A stretch of DNA of 64,000 nucleotides, from NCBI RefSeq assembly GCF_037042905.1, contig NC_087251.1, positions 20,710,001 through 20,774,000 on the forward strand. Direction: 5' to 3'. Under the pieces are notes generated by a model. That model had not been told where the DNA came from, searched no databases, and worked only from the letters and a program-made list of their open reading frames with translations. This document shows, in pieces, positions 36,290 to 49,400 of this stretch. Source of the DNA: Lytechinus pictus (Eukaryota). The first letter of the stretch is position 1, and the number at the start of each line of letters is the position of its first letter. A program made the position numbers and the translations under genes.

Positions 36290-37742
36290 GGGCGGTATTC
36301 TGAAAATCGTGTCAACTTTCGTGTTAAATATCGTGTTATCTCTCTGATTTAACACGCCCCTAACATACCCCCAAATCGGTATTCTGAAAACCGTGTTACC
36401 TGCATGTTATCTCATTTCGTGTTATCTATAGCTCCTCCCACTCTACATCTATTTAATCCAATCAAATGCGCTGTTAAAGAAACTAATCGCGCAAAATTTT
36501 CAGGGAAAAGGGAACGTGCGCACGCGACACGAAGCCTGCATTGTGACATCATTTTGTAAGCGCATACAGCTAAATAAAAGTTAGAGCTAGAAAGAGACGT
36601 GGGGAGGGGTATGTTTTCATACTTCACAAGATAACAAAATAGTAACATAATACAAGAAATTGATTGTTTCAGACAGCATGGATACGAAATTATAACAGGA
36701 GACAGAGGCCTCGATCGAATGTGCAGCGGGCAGGGGACGATCGCCCTAAAATATGGGGGCAAGCATAATTTATACATGCCCCCAATAATTTTGAGAACTT
36801 GAAAAATAAAAATGCAAATTTTGAAAAGCATGAAAAGCACTTTAAGAAAAATTATATCTGACATTGAAATATCAAACACAAAATTGTATTTTTTTTCTAT
36901 ATTATAATTTGATGCGTATAGCGATTAGCCATGCAAAAAAAAAAACACTTTTGACCGCCCCCTCCCCCCCCCCCCCCCCCCATCCGAAGCATATAGATTG
37001 ACTGGCATGATAGATAAATTGAGAATAACCTAGAAGCATTGAGTTTTTAAAAAAATAATCATTGGAGCTATATACCGGTAATCATTGAAAAAGGGTTTTT
37101 AAAATGTGAATATCATAGAAAAGTTTCCCAATCGCTAATTCCATTCTTTTGAATTTTTGTTTGTGCTTTTTTTTAGACATTTTGTAACTTTCTTCCTCTC
37201 CTTTTGTCTTTTTTATATTATGGCAAAAAGTAACCAAATAAATAACTCATGATCATATATGATAATTAATCCAAATCAAAGATGCATTTAAAGTGTATTT
37301 TCATAGGAAATTCCAAAGAAATTGTTGTTTAATCATTGTTGGTAGAGACTAAAGGTAGATGGAAAATAAAGCTGGAAAAATGAAAGAAAATTACAGTAAA
37401 TCCTGCCAAACGATAGCTATTATGTTCTTTTTGACGTTTGCGTCTATTAGAAAAAGTGCAGCCATCGTCATCCCCAACTTAACCTCTCCTTAACGCAGTG
37501 TCAAATTTTCGTGTTATCTTCGAACAAAATTTTAGCTAACACCATTTTCAGAATACCAAATTTCGTGTTATCTTCCTCCCTAACACCGCGTATGGGGGTT
37601 GCGCGTTGCGCACTGCGTATTTCATGACCTACGCAGTGTTACCACCTGGGCCACATGTTTTTCATGCTAACACGATTTTCAGAATACCAATCGTGTTAGC
37701 TAACACCATTTTTGTGCTAACACGGTATTCAGAATACCACCC
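36290..37742. mobile_element. About 1.45-kb non-autonomous DNA transposon (Harbinger-like TIRs)
   Basis: GGGCGGTATTCTGAA ... TTCAGAATACCACCC, with subterminal CGTGTTA/TAACAC repeats and no transposase ORF. Confidence 0.75.
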
Positions 37743-38210
37743 CCGGGGGATATTCTGAACATTGTCTTTTCTTAAAATTTTATCTTTTTTCAGATATGAC
37801 AGAATTGGTACAATGTATAGTATTTTGGTGGATGTTACAACTTTTGTCCAATCAAAATTGTCATAAATTTTGTCTCTTCTCTATAGCATGCACAAAATAA
37901 TAAGCGAATTCATACATGCATAATCCTATTCCAAGCAAATTATAAAACTTGACAGGGCCTAGCAGTCATAAATTTTGCAATTTCTTTTAGTAACATTATA
38001 TCCTGATACTACATAGTTCCTGACTGTATGTTAAGCACACATTGATATTGTTTGAATTAGACTGCTGCATTTAGTTTCACTTATCATCCATGACAATTTC
38101 AAAAATATTTTTTCATGCTACAAGTAATTAGGCCTTACATACTAGATCCAATTCCTCTTTTTCTCTCTTCTCTAGAAATTTTTCTCATCTTTATTTTAAA
38201 TAGTTCTTAA

Positions 38211-38807
38211 AGGTCAAATCCACCCCAGAAAAATGTTGATTTGAATAAATATAGAAAAATCAAACTACATGTAGGCATAACGCTGAAAATTTCATCAAAA
38301 TCGGATGTAAAATAAGAAAGTTATGGAATTTTAAAGTTTCGCTTATTTTTCACAAAACAGTGATATGCACAACTCTGTGACATGCAAATGAGTCAGTCGA
38401 TGATGTCCATCACTCACTATTTCTTTTGTTTTTTATTGTTTGAATTATACAATTTTTAATTTTTTACAGATTTGACAATAAGGGCCAACTTGACTGAACC
38501 ATATACAGTATTAAACAACGCTAACTACACATGTTCCAGGAGGAATTAATCGTTGTTTCGCTTGACAATGAGGAGAAAATTAGAATATTTCTTATTTCAC
38601 ATAATAAAGTGCAAAAGAAATAGTGAGTGGATGACGTCATTTGCATACCGAACTGGATGTGAATAGAACTGTTTTGTGAAATAAAGCGAAATTTTAAAAA
38701 GACATAGCTTTCTTATTTTACATCCGATTTCAATGAAATTTTCGGTGTTACGTTTTTTGGATTTTTCTCTTATTCAAATCAACTTTTTGTTGGGGTGGAC
38801 TTGTCCT
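38211..38807. mobile_element. Kolobok-like fold-back MITE
   Basis: TTAA|AGGTCAAATCCACCCCA...TTGATTTGAATAA and TTATTCAAATCAA...TGGGGTGGACTTGTCCT|TTAA, with long internal inverted arms. Confidence 0.85.
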
Positions 38808-38873
38808 TTAAGTAAAACTTTAGGCCTAGACCTATTTTTTTCAAATTTCTATGATATATTTAGTACACTTTAA

Positions 38874-39630
38874 AGGGATGGTCCAGGCTGGAGATATTTA
38901 TATCTCAATAAATAGAGTAAAATTCACAAAGCAAAATGCTGAAAATTTGATCAAAATCAGATAACAAATATCAAAGTTATTGAATTTTAAAGATTTGCAT
39001 TATTCTGGTGAAACAGTTCTAGTCATGTCTTAATGAATATTCATTAGGTGGGCTGATGATGTCATATCCCCACTTTTGTATTAAGTTTATTCAACATTTT
39101 TCTTCCAAGAACTAAAACAATTGGATTGACAACTGATTAACTCTAGACTTAACGTGCCATGAACACATATCTGTGCATCCACTGGAGTGCCACAAACACA
39201 TTTTCATGCAATGGTCATACAGCTATTGTTATGCCTATTGCATTTTGAGGAGTGCATTGCATGCACAAGTGATTCCATTGTTCAGTTCAGCTTAAGGTCA
39301 AGAGGTTTAAATTATTCAGGAGTAATTCCCTTTTTTTTTAATAAATAAAACAATTAAATATAGACTCTGAAAAAAAAAGGCACTCGCTGATTACAGTAAA
39401 TGGCACATTAAGAGTTTAGTGCATTAATAATAATAGTTATTTATTGCCACAACTTATTTCATCATAATCATAATGGAGACACATCATTGTACACATTTAT
39501 GAAAATATGAAAACAATTATGACATAGGCCTATCCGATTTTGATGAAATTTTCAGCATATTGCTCTGTGAATTGAGTTTTTTTTAACTATATTTATCTAG
39601 ATAAAAAACTTTTCAGCCCAGAGTATCCCT
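38874..39630. mobile_element. Kolobok-like MITE (family of 24196 and about 29870-30520) with a nested insert at about 39141-39415
   Basis: TTAA|AGGGATGGTCCAGGCTGGAG...CAGCCCAGAGTATCCCT. Relative to the 24196 copy, an extra segment with TTAACGTGCCA/TGGCACATTAA ends interrupts CAACTGATTAA|GTGCATTA. Confidence 0.75.
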
Positions 39631-40089
39631 TTATTAACTGTTACTCATATTTTGTGAAATAAAAAGAAATGCATGTTAAATCTTATTCTTAACCCAAATT
39701 GTTTGATGCGCAGACTTGAGACTGAGTCTCTCTAAGTAACCATGGAGGTAGAATGCTTTAACTACTCTCGGCCTCAAGACAAAATTCAAGACGATCTCGC
39801 ATGTGATTGTGAGACTGACTGAGCAGTGAGCTGATCGACTGGTCTGGCTCTGCCTCTGGGCCGGGTCCCAATAATCATGATAATCAGCTTTCTTTAGTTG
39901 TTTCTTACCAAACCTGCAGTTGCAGTTAAGGCAGTCAATGATGATTAAACCGGTGTTTGGAGCAACCCACTGAGTCTTGAATTATTTCTGTCCTCTGAAA
40001 TGAAGCAAGTGCAATTTAGAATGATGATCTTTTAACTTTTTGTTGCTGAATTAAACACCGGCTGTTATTTTCAAGTCAAATCAGCTGTT

Positions 40090-40270
40090 TCATCAAAACA
40101 AATCGAATCTCGCGCGAGCGCGCGCTCTGGTTAGAAAGGTCATCCCGCGATATTGCTAGTTCTGCATGCTGTCTACATGGGATCGTGGGATGAAGCTTCC
40201 GCATCCGGGCGCGGCCGCGGCCGGTAGGCGCGCGCTAGATATAGCTACATAGCTTGCTACGGTACGTGTG
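40090..40270. promoter_or_regulatory. Small CpG/GC-rich island; probable NAPA promoter, possibly bidirectional with CATSPER1
   Basis: TCTCGCGCGAGCGCGCGCTCT and CCGGGCGCGGCCGCGGCCGGTAGGCGCGCGCT in otherwise AT-rich DNA, 150-330 bp upstream of the NAPA ATG. A minus-strand donor TG|GTAAGA lies at 39908. Confidence 0.55.
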
Positions 40271-40424
40271 TGTAGATTTGGTGACACAACACTGAATGAA
40301 TGATGTCATTATTATTAGACCGATCTTCAATCATTATCGTCATTGATAGATAGTTTAACTTGAAAATTTCCTTTAAATTCTGGTCGTGAGTCGTCAACAT
40401 TAACAATACATAATCGCTTCAGGA

Positions 40425-43400
40425 ATGGCGGATCACGAAGCCAAAGCAAATCAGTGTATGATTGATGCTGAAAAGAAGCTGAAGTCATCACAAGGATTTT
40501 TTGGTTCCATGTTTGGGTGAGTTGAATCTCTGTCTCTGATTCCTGAGTCTGATTTGATTTAGCGAAGTTAATCTTATCTTAACGTTTCTGATATTGACAC
40601 AGGTTGACTCCACTAACTTTAGTTTTCAATTTTAGTGGGGCTAACGGGTGTATATGGATAATGGAACTCTTCCCTTGGCTTAATCTTTATTGGCCCTATT
40701 CAGGCTATTGATTGGTAACTTTGTCATTATTAATTAGACTTGGAGTGGACTGTTCTAGTCTAGTGACGTGTGAGACTTGAATTTTGAAAGACTGGGCGAA
40801 CACTGGCCAAATTTGGATTTTGGTAGGTACATGTAACTGGGGGTTGGGGCCTAACGTAAGCTTGCAATGGGTTAGACAGCTGGCAGCCGTCTGTTTCGAG
40901 GAGTTTTTAAACATTTTTTTATTTTCTTAATTTCTCCTCGTACACAGACCGACAGACGGCTCGCTATCGTGCAGCCACCATTAGGGGACTTACAATGCAA
41001 AATCCCCCCGTCGGGGCTCTTCAATTTTGTCTTTAATGAATCAAACTTTTGAAAATTAACGCGACAGAAATGCAAATTAATATTCTCTCTTAGTCTTGGC
41101 ATTAATTGCCAAAAACCGGGGAAAATCAAGTTAAACGGAACAAAAACAGTGACTTACATGTATGTACCTTGGCTGTCGCGCTACTTCACTGCCCTGTTTT
41201 ATCCAAACTTAATACACATAAACATATGGCCATTGAGTCCCCTGTACAGATCGCGCTAGAACTTCGGTCTCTGTATTTAGTGAGTGAAGCCAACGGAGTT
41301 CAGCTGAACAACTAACATAACAGAGACCGAAGCTTTTGGTCTAGCAATGGGTATGGTATCTATAGGGTTAGTATACTAATACTAACCTCGCAATACATGT
41401 ACATGTGAGTGGGTATGGTAGTGAATCGTAATTTGTATAGCCAAACACTTCATGAATTCAATCATCAAACACTATATTTTCCAAAAATTCACCAAACTTG
41501 TCTTTCACCATATAAACATACAAATAGATCTAGATTCTAGGCTATGTAGACATTTTGCCAAAATCGTTTATCTTTTATGACTTTTTTATGATATCAGATT
41601 CCGATCGAACCCCTCTTCGCATGTGAAATACCGGTATGGTGAAAATGGTATCGTATTACTGAATGTGTGTTTTCTATGGGAAAACTTGAGAAAACAAAAT
41701 CACTGATGAGCTATTTTTACAATATTTTATTAGTTTATGAATATAAAGTCTTTGAAAATGTGTTTTGACCATTTTTCTGTCTATTCAAGTTCCCTTTGAA
41801 ATGATTTTGCAAAGTTTTGAGCATATGAAATAAATTTCTGATGCGTATAAGGCGTGCGTCCGGTAATACATTCTTCCCTTCTCTCAGTTCCCTTTCTATG
41901 TTCCTTGCCTCCTTGTTCATATGTGCACATCAATCCATGTTCTTCTTCCGTTGAGTACAGTCCTCTTTACAGAGTATAGTCGTACTTGGCTGAGGCCGCA
42001 ATCACAAAAGCACATGACATTTGGTGCAGTTGAAAAAAACTAAACTATAGTGCAAGTAAAAAGATGCATCTCAACTGGAGAGCTAACGGAGGGTGAGTGG
42101 TTCCAGGTGGCTCCTGAAACACTCAGTTGAAGGAGCCAAAACCACTGTTGTAGGCAGGACATTCCACAAGCAGATGGTACTTGGGAATCTCATTAAACAA
42201 ACATATTTGAGGGAATCGAGAGTTGCTGTCCTAATTTTTTGTACAGGAAAAGAAACACTAGTTAACTTGAGCTCATTTTTCTACCTTGAATTAAATATAA
42301 GTGTTTTACAAGCAATAGTAGGTGTACCTCAAGCGATGTTCGTGCAGGCTTCAATTCACTACCGCTACCCTACGCTCCACCTAACCGATTATCGAGCCCG
42401 TAAACTCGTTCGGATACTCCAAGAGGCAAAGGTGGGAACAAAATATATTTATTGTAAAAATTATAGAAAAAAAATATAACGAGAAAGAAAAATAGCTTAA
42501 TTTCTTACTCTACACCCTTATTTCACTCCGTGTCCATCCTCCGGTTATCCTCAAAATTTGTGATTTTGGGCCAGTATCTAGTTCCTCACACATAATTATT
42601 CACGGCCGATTTCAAAACATCGCATGCAAGTGAATGAATATATATTATATTGGATGGCTCAGAAAATACCAGAAATATTCTAAGAGTTTGGGAAAATATT
42701 CCACTGATTCGTAGAGGTATTCTCTTTGCTGCAAATGTTAACAAAAAAAGTTGGTCTTCCAAGCTGGAGACTGTCGGAAATTACATACTAAATCATCTAC
42801 AAAAATCTCTGATACTGGAGATAATCTCCTGAATGAGAAAGAATTTCCAATATTGGCTGTGCACCTTCACTTGTAACGTAATGACAACAAAGTACATTAG
42901 ACTGGTCCATGTGACTTTTCATAGTCATTGACATCAGACTCTTCCCTTTTGATTTTTTTTTATCAGGTGTTGGTGTTGACACCTTATTGCTCATGTGGAG
43001 TACTTTTTCATACATGTAGCTCTTCCTCTATCCTTATAACAAAACTGTTTGGTCCTTGTGCCTTGGTGAAGGCCGCCTTTGACATGCAATGAGCATGATT
43101 GAAAATGTCAACTGTGGTGAGTGAAGAAGACTTAGCAATTTCATAGCATGTTGAGATTGAAAGCCATCTGATAGACAGTAATATATATGTTTCGCTTCGT
43201 GGTGTTTTGGAAAGGAGTTTGCATTTTATATGAGGGATTCTCTCGTGTTACATTTCAGCTTTTCAGCTGCAGTCCCGGGGGGGGGGGGGGGGGGGCACTT
43301 CCATTGACGAGTGGATACCATGCGCGACCATGGGGTCCCGAAAAGCACCCTAAACAAGTATTTTCCATATTCTGAAAATGCACCCCTTAACAAGTATTGG

Positions 43401-46400
43401 CGTGTGAAACCCTACCCTTAACAAGTATTGGAAACAAAACAATACCCTTTTCAAGTATTCCCTGAATTGAACCCCTAAACAAGTACCGGTATAGCGATTA
43501 TATGTCACAGACGTCGGTTTTACCTTTACCTGCATCATTGGGTTGGTACGGCCCCAGCTTCCACACCTCGCGCAAATCGGACTCTAAACACGTAGTGATA
43601 ACTGTGGGGCAAAAAGTACATCCGTCATATAACATTTTAATCTTTTTACCCTCGCAAATTTGACCCTAAACATGTAGCTTAACTAGCGAAATAGATACCC
43701 TTTTTTCATTATTTTAGTGTTTTTGACACCCTTATTACGTTACGTACGTAACATGCCCTATCTTGAAAAAGACATCCTTTTTACATGTTTTTTTGGTCGC
43801 GCATGGAATCCACTTGCCAATGTAAGTGACCCCCCCCCCCCCCCCCCAGGGCTGCAGTATGTGTATGATTGTTTTACTGAAAATAATAAACCATGAAATG
43901 AACAAATGAAAACAGTATTGAGATGAAGTTCTTTGGTGAATTTGATAGTGCATGAAGAACCTTGTGCACTTGCTTGTTCCTGGGCAGTCAGGAGATTTTA
44001 TTTGAATTTGCACAGAAGCAGCCACATCTGATCCTACATGTGGTTTTGCTTTTGTTCTTCAGACTCATATACGATAGCTCTGATTGTTAGAAAGTGCATA
44101 ATTTAAGGTCAGCGATGAGACTACAGTCCGACCTCTCTTATCTGGACACGTTGGCACCAGTACCAATCCGGATAAGGGATTTTTCCGGATCGAGATACCC
44201 AATATTGAATACACGCAGCTGCCTCCCCAATGGTAGAGAGCTCTACATGTAATATATTCTAGTGGGCGTACACGGGGTGACACGACATTTGTTCCGGCGA
44301 CAGTTGCTCCGGGCTTTATTTTGTCTAGGATGTAGGGTTAGGGTTGCAATAGGGTTTTGTGTTTAATATGTTTACTGTTAAGGTTTAAAATAAAGTATAG
44401 TTTTAAATGCAGGGTTGAAATTGGTCATTCCATTAAATGTGTGGAATTTGCAGCAGAGCAAATGTCATGGAACCGTACACAGACAGTATTTCACTGCAGT
44501 CAGTGCAAATTATAGGCATTTTTTTTTACTGAAATGAAATCGATTGGTTGCCAAAACTCTTGGATAATTTACCTGCTGAAATGATTGAGGAATACATCAA
44601 GCATACCTCGAAAAAAAAGAGAATGACTTGCTGAAACTAAGTTTGATAATTGGATAATCGCAGCTTCGCAAAGTCAGCCATTGTTATACTGACTGTAGGC
44701 TCAAACATGATAGATGGCGCTGTATGGGCAAGTCTATTCTCAGCGATGTGACCTACAGGTGAGAGGAGCGTGTCATGCACAATAGATCTGTGAATGGTTG
44801 CGCTGTGCCATGATTTACTGAAAATTATCCTGTCTAAGTTCTTTCGGTGATTTGGGCAAGATATTTTCATAAAAAAATCATGTGGTTGAAGGTTGACTAC
44901 ATGTATATTGGAAAATGTATATAATCAAAGTGAGATTGCATAGGAATTTTTATTTTAGATTGAAATCTCATTTCCCCCAAATACTAGATTGAAAAATATA
45001 TTGCTTTACACATGCGTGACCAAAAAACTTGTTTAAAGGGGTGTTTTTTCAGTTTTGGATTCGGGCCATGCATGCACTCGTTAAGGGTATCAAAAACACT
45101 GATTTCCCCCAAAAAGGGTGGTTTTGAAAAACTGATCAATGGTCAATCATGGGGTCAAATGTATTTAGGTCATTTTTTTCCCCAAAGCTTTTTTTTTAAA
45201 GACTAGATAATGTGTTTAGGGTATGTTTGTTCCCCAAGCTTTTTCCGCGGGGTATTCTGGCGACAACTTATTTAGGGGCCAAAATGTGTAAATAAAGCCC
45301 ATTAAAAACTTGTTTAGGGGGTTATTTTGCACACACAGAGAGAGAGAAAAAAAAAAGGTGTTTGGAAATAATTTGGTCACGCATGTGTATAGCAATACAT
45401 TTGATTGCCCCCCCCCCCCCCCCGGGACATGTACATGCACAGCTAGAAATCAAAGCAGATGTGATGTTATAGGGTTAGGAGTGTGAATATTAGAAAATAA
45501 TATGATTCATTGATTGAAGAACAGTGTTTCTTATTATATTATAAACTCAGACACTTGATACAGGCACATATAGTTCTGGGAGTAGCCTGTGTAGTTGCCA
45601 AAGCTGTAATCTTTGTTGTGAACTTTTTATACTGGTCACCTTTGCCCAGGCATGGTGTTATATACATATACGCAGAACGTACATGCTAACAATGAATCAT
45701 TACATAATACACAGGTCTGCATAAGATAGGCTAACAGAAGGCCTATACGGTTTGGAATTCTCCTAACAATACCAACAATTAATGTTGAATATGATCAGCA
45801 GCAGTTCAGGATTAGTGAAAATAGGAATCAGAATTGATTTCAACACTTCTGTATCTTCTTCTCTCCTTATAAAGAGCATATTTCAAGTTTAAAAAATTGT
45901 AGATTCTGAAATATACCAGTCTCACATTTTTTAAATACTTCTCTCTTCTAATAATTTATCCAGAATCAGTGTATTTGATATTTTCTCACTCTGTCTTCCT
46001 TCATTTTTCCTTGTCCGATGGAGCAAGATTATTAGGCCTTCTTCAAGTTGCATGAACTATGACTTTTGAATTCATTTGCCTTATCAACAGACCACATCCT
46101 CTTCTTTCACTCTTGGGCTTTTCTTAGAACTTCCTCACCGTTACAATTGTCAGTCCAAGAGATCTAAATTCTTTATTTTACTTTCTACAGGAAACGTTTT
46201 CTAATTTCAGAGGCCGAAGTCCATATTTCACTATCATACATTACATACATTACAACATGTACACCATGTTAGAATCTTGAGAAAATAATTTAAAAGATTT
46301 TACTACCAAAGCTGTACATGGCAATAACCTAAGGTAGATATGGAAGTAATATTTGAGCAATTGAAAAATGTATGAGCCTCTGATGAGCCTGAGATAATGT

Positions 46401-49400
46401 TCCAACCCATCTGTACATCCTTAAATAACCCTAATGTTTGGAGTTCATGATGATGATCATGTACCCCCTGACAACAGTACTTATGATCACCCCTTCTTTG
46501 CAAAAAACTGAAAAATTCATGTACAAGTTTATACCTCATGAACGAATATTTATGATACATCTGAATATGAGATTCTTTATGGTGTGTCTGCCTTCTTTTT
46601 TCTTTTATTTGTTTAATGGTTTGTTTTACATTTGTACAGTATACACATACAGCCTGCACTGCACATACGTGTATTAAGTCCGGGCAGTATTAACCATGTT
46701 TTTTTTGTTTTGTTTTTCAAATCATTTCAGAGGAGTACAGAAGCAAGAGGATGCATGCGAACAGTATCAGAGGGCCGCTAACATGTTCAAGATGGCAAAG
46801 AAATGGCAAGGTGAGTTCTTATATACATGTACATGTAGTTCTCATGGAGATATTTTTTTCATGAATGCATAATACTATGTAAACTAATGATTGATGATGA
46901 TGGAGGGTGTTGCTGCTTATGGTTATCATGTGAATTAAAGTACAATTAACCATATGAAGACTAAAATTAGTTGTTGTTTTTTTAAAGGCAAATTGTCAAT
47001 TAGTCTTTTTCAATCGTAAACAACTTGAAATTACTTTATTTTAATCAGTAAAAGTATAATGAAATATGTACTTAGGAATTTGGGTTAGGAACAGAATTTG
47101 CATACCGGTAATCACGTTTTTGAGCAATTTTGGGTCTGTCATACATCATGCTACGTTATTTTGTGATTGCATACCCAGGCATTGCAAATTTGATTTCAAA
47201 AGTTGTGTGAGACTTGAAAGAACATGCGAGCCCCCCCCCCCTCTTTTTAAGGGTTTAAGGCAATTTAGCCTTGAAAATTAAACATATAAAAAAATCAGAT
47301 TCTTCCCAGTTGCGCTGTAAATATCATTTTCATATTACCACGTGTGTATGTCTTCCCATTCAAAATGATGTTTTTCATTGTTTTTATTCCAGAGGCTGGC
47401 AATGCATTCTGTCGAGCAGCTTCCATCTCTATGACGCTGGACAGTAAACATGAAGCAGCCACAAACTATGTCGATGCAGGCAACTGCTACAAGAAAGTGG
47501 ATCATGAAAGTAAGGAATACATGTGATAATGATCATCATATTGATAGAATATGACTACAGTACAATACCAATGATGATGGTCTTGATCAGGGTATTACAC
47601 AATGATATAGGGCTAGTACTGATAATGAGAGGAAGTGGACGAAGGAGGGGGAGGAGGAGGAGGGAAAGAAAAGAAGATGAAGTAGAAGTAGAAATGAAGG
47701 AAAAGGAGACAGAACAGAAGAAGAGGAAGAAGGCGGGAGAGGAGAAAAAGAAGAACGATATTGGTATATTTTTATTTCATTTAGGAAAAAAAAATGATTG
47801 AAGGTCTTTCATGATTCTTTATTTCTTGTTCTATGTCTTGGTTCCCAGAGGCCATATCTTGTCTGCAACAGGCAATAGAAATTTACACCGATAAAGGCAA
47901 GTTTACAATGGCTGCCAAGCATTATATCAGCATAGCAGAGATCTACGAGAATGAACTGATTGAACTGGATAAAGCTATAGAGAACTATGAGAAAGCTGCT
48001 GACTTGTACAGAGGCGAAGACTCCACCAGGTTAGAAAAATCACCAATCAAATTGACAAGTTAGATTTCTTTTTGGTTTTAGTGAATGTTTTTTTTTTCTC
48101 GTCATGTTGTATCTGCATTTTGCTATCATTCAGGATTAAATGACTTTTAAAGGAGTAAAAAAACAAGAAAATTACATCACTTTCGGATTAAGCCTTAACA
48201 AACGAATTTCACACCAATTTTATTTTTGTAATTTTTAATGTCGCTGTTCTGCAGATCTTCTTTCTTGCTCCTGCTAGATATTTTTAGTATCTAATTTATC
48301 AGTATCTGAAGTTCTAACAAAGAGTCTTTTTTTATTTTCACCCTTTTTGTTTTAAAAGCTCTGCAAATAAATGTCTGTTGAAGGTAGCCATGTATTCAGC
48401 ACAGCAAATGAATTATGCAAAGGCATGCCAGATATACGAGGACGTAGCCTCATCAGCAGTGGAGAACTCCCTTCTCAAATACAGTGCAAAAGACCATTAC
48501 TTTAAGGTAAGTTCTTAAAGTCATTTGTCCACTTATACATATCTCCTACTTACGCCTTCTTGAGAGAAGAACTTTGAAGGAAAGCAGTAATTTAGCTCTC
48601 ATAGCTATTTTCATGTCTCCACCTCCTACATGTATGCGTTGTTGCTGGAGGCAATATGATTTGGGGTTTTCGTGATGACTAAAGAACCATTTGACGGATC
48701 AACTTTGAACTTGGTTCAAGTATCCATAGGAGTTATGATGATATTTGGGTATCAATGTAAAAGATCACAGATTTCATTATATACTGTATATTGAAATATC
48801 TTGTACTTGTAACTGAATAATGGTTATTAGCAGATTTTTGCTTTAAATAGACGTGCATTAGGGAGCTTTAGATTTTCTGCCATGATGCAGATTTCTTTTA
48901 ATTTTGGGAAATCAGCCTTACTGCACATGAATAAAGAGAGACAGCATTGAGAAAAGAAGATTCTGCATCATTGGTTAAGTTGTATTTGTGAAATCTAAAG
49001 GTCTCTATTGTCTTCTAGAAGAGATGAAGTTGAAGAGAATTTTGACCAAGAGTAGAAAAGTTCTACCACTGATTCACACCAACTCATGATTATTTCGATA
49101 CTCGGTGTAATATCACATTCATTATTTTTTCTGTTCCATTTCAGGCCGCACTATGTCACCTGTGCATAGATCTTCAGAATGCACAGATTGCATTACAGAA
49201 GTATCCAGAAACCTTCTCTGCATTTGCAGATAGCAGGGAATATAAACTTTTACAGGTTAGTTTCATTAATTTTTCAGACATGTACTTTTGTGTTCTTGCC
49301 TACTGTCAATGTTGCAGGAATAAAACTCTATTTTGAATGCAAGAATATCTACTTGCATATTATATATTTTTTTTAATTTGTAGTTTTTTTTTTACCGTTC

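Noticed and set aside
36412..36879. 155-aa ORF inside a TIR element, possible transposase
   Set aside because: No DDE, Myb or HTH-like features; low-complexity hydrophobic translation of AT-rich DNA.
47523..47801. Charged K/E/R-rich 92-aa ORF
   Set aside because: Purine-rich low-complexity tract in NAPA intron 3. The NAPA frame joins 47509 to 47849 without it.
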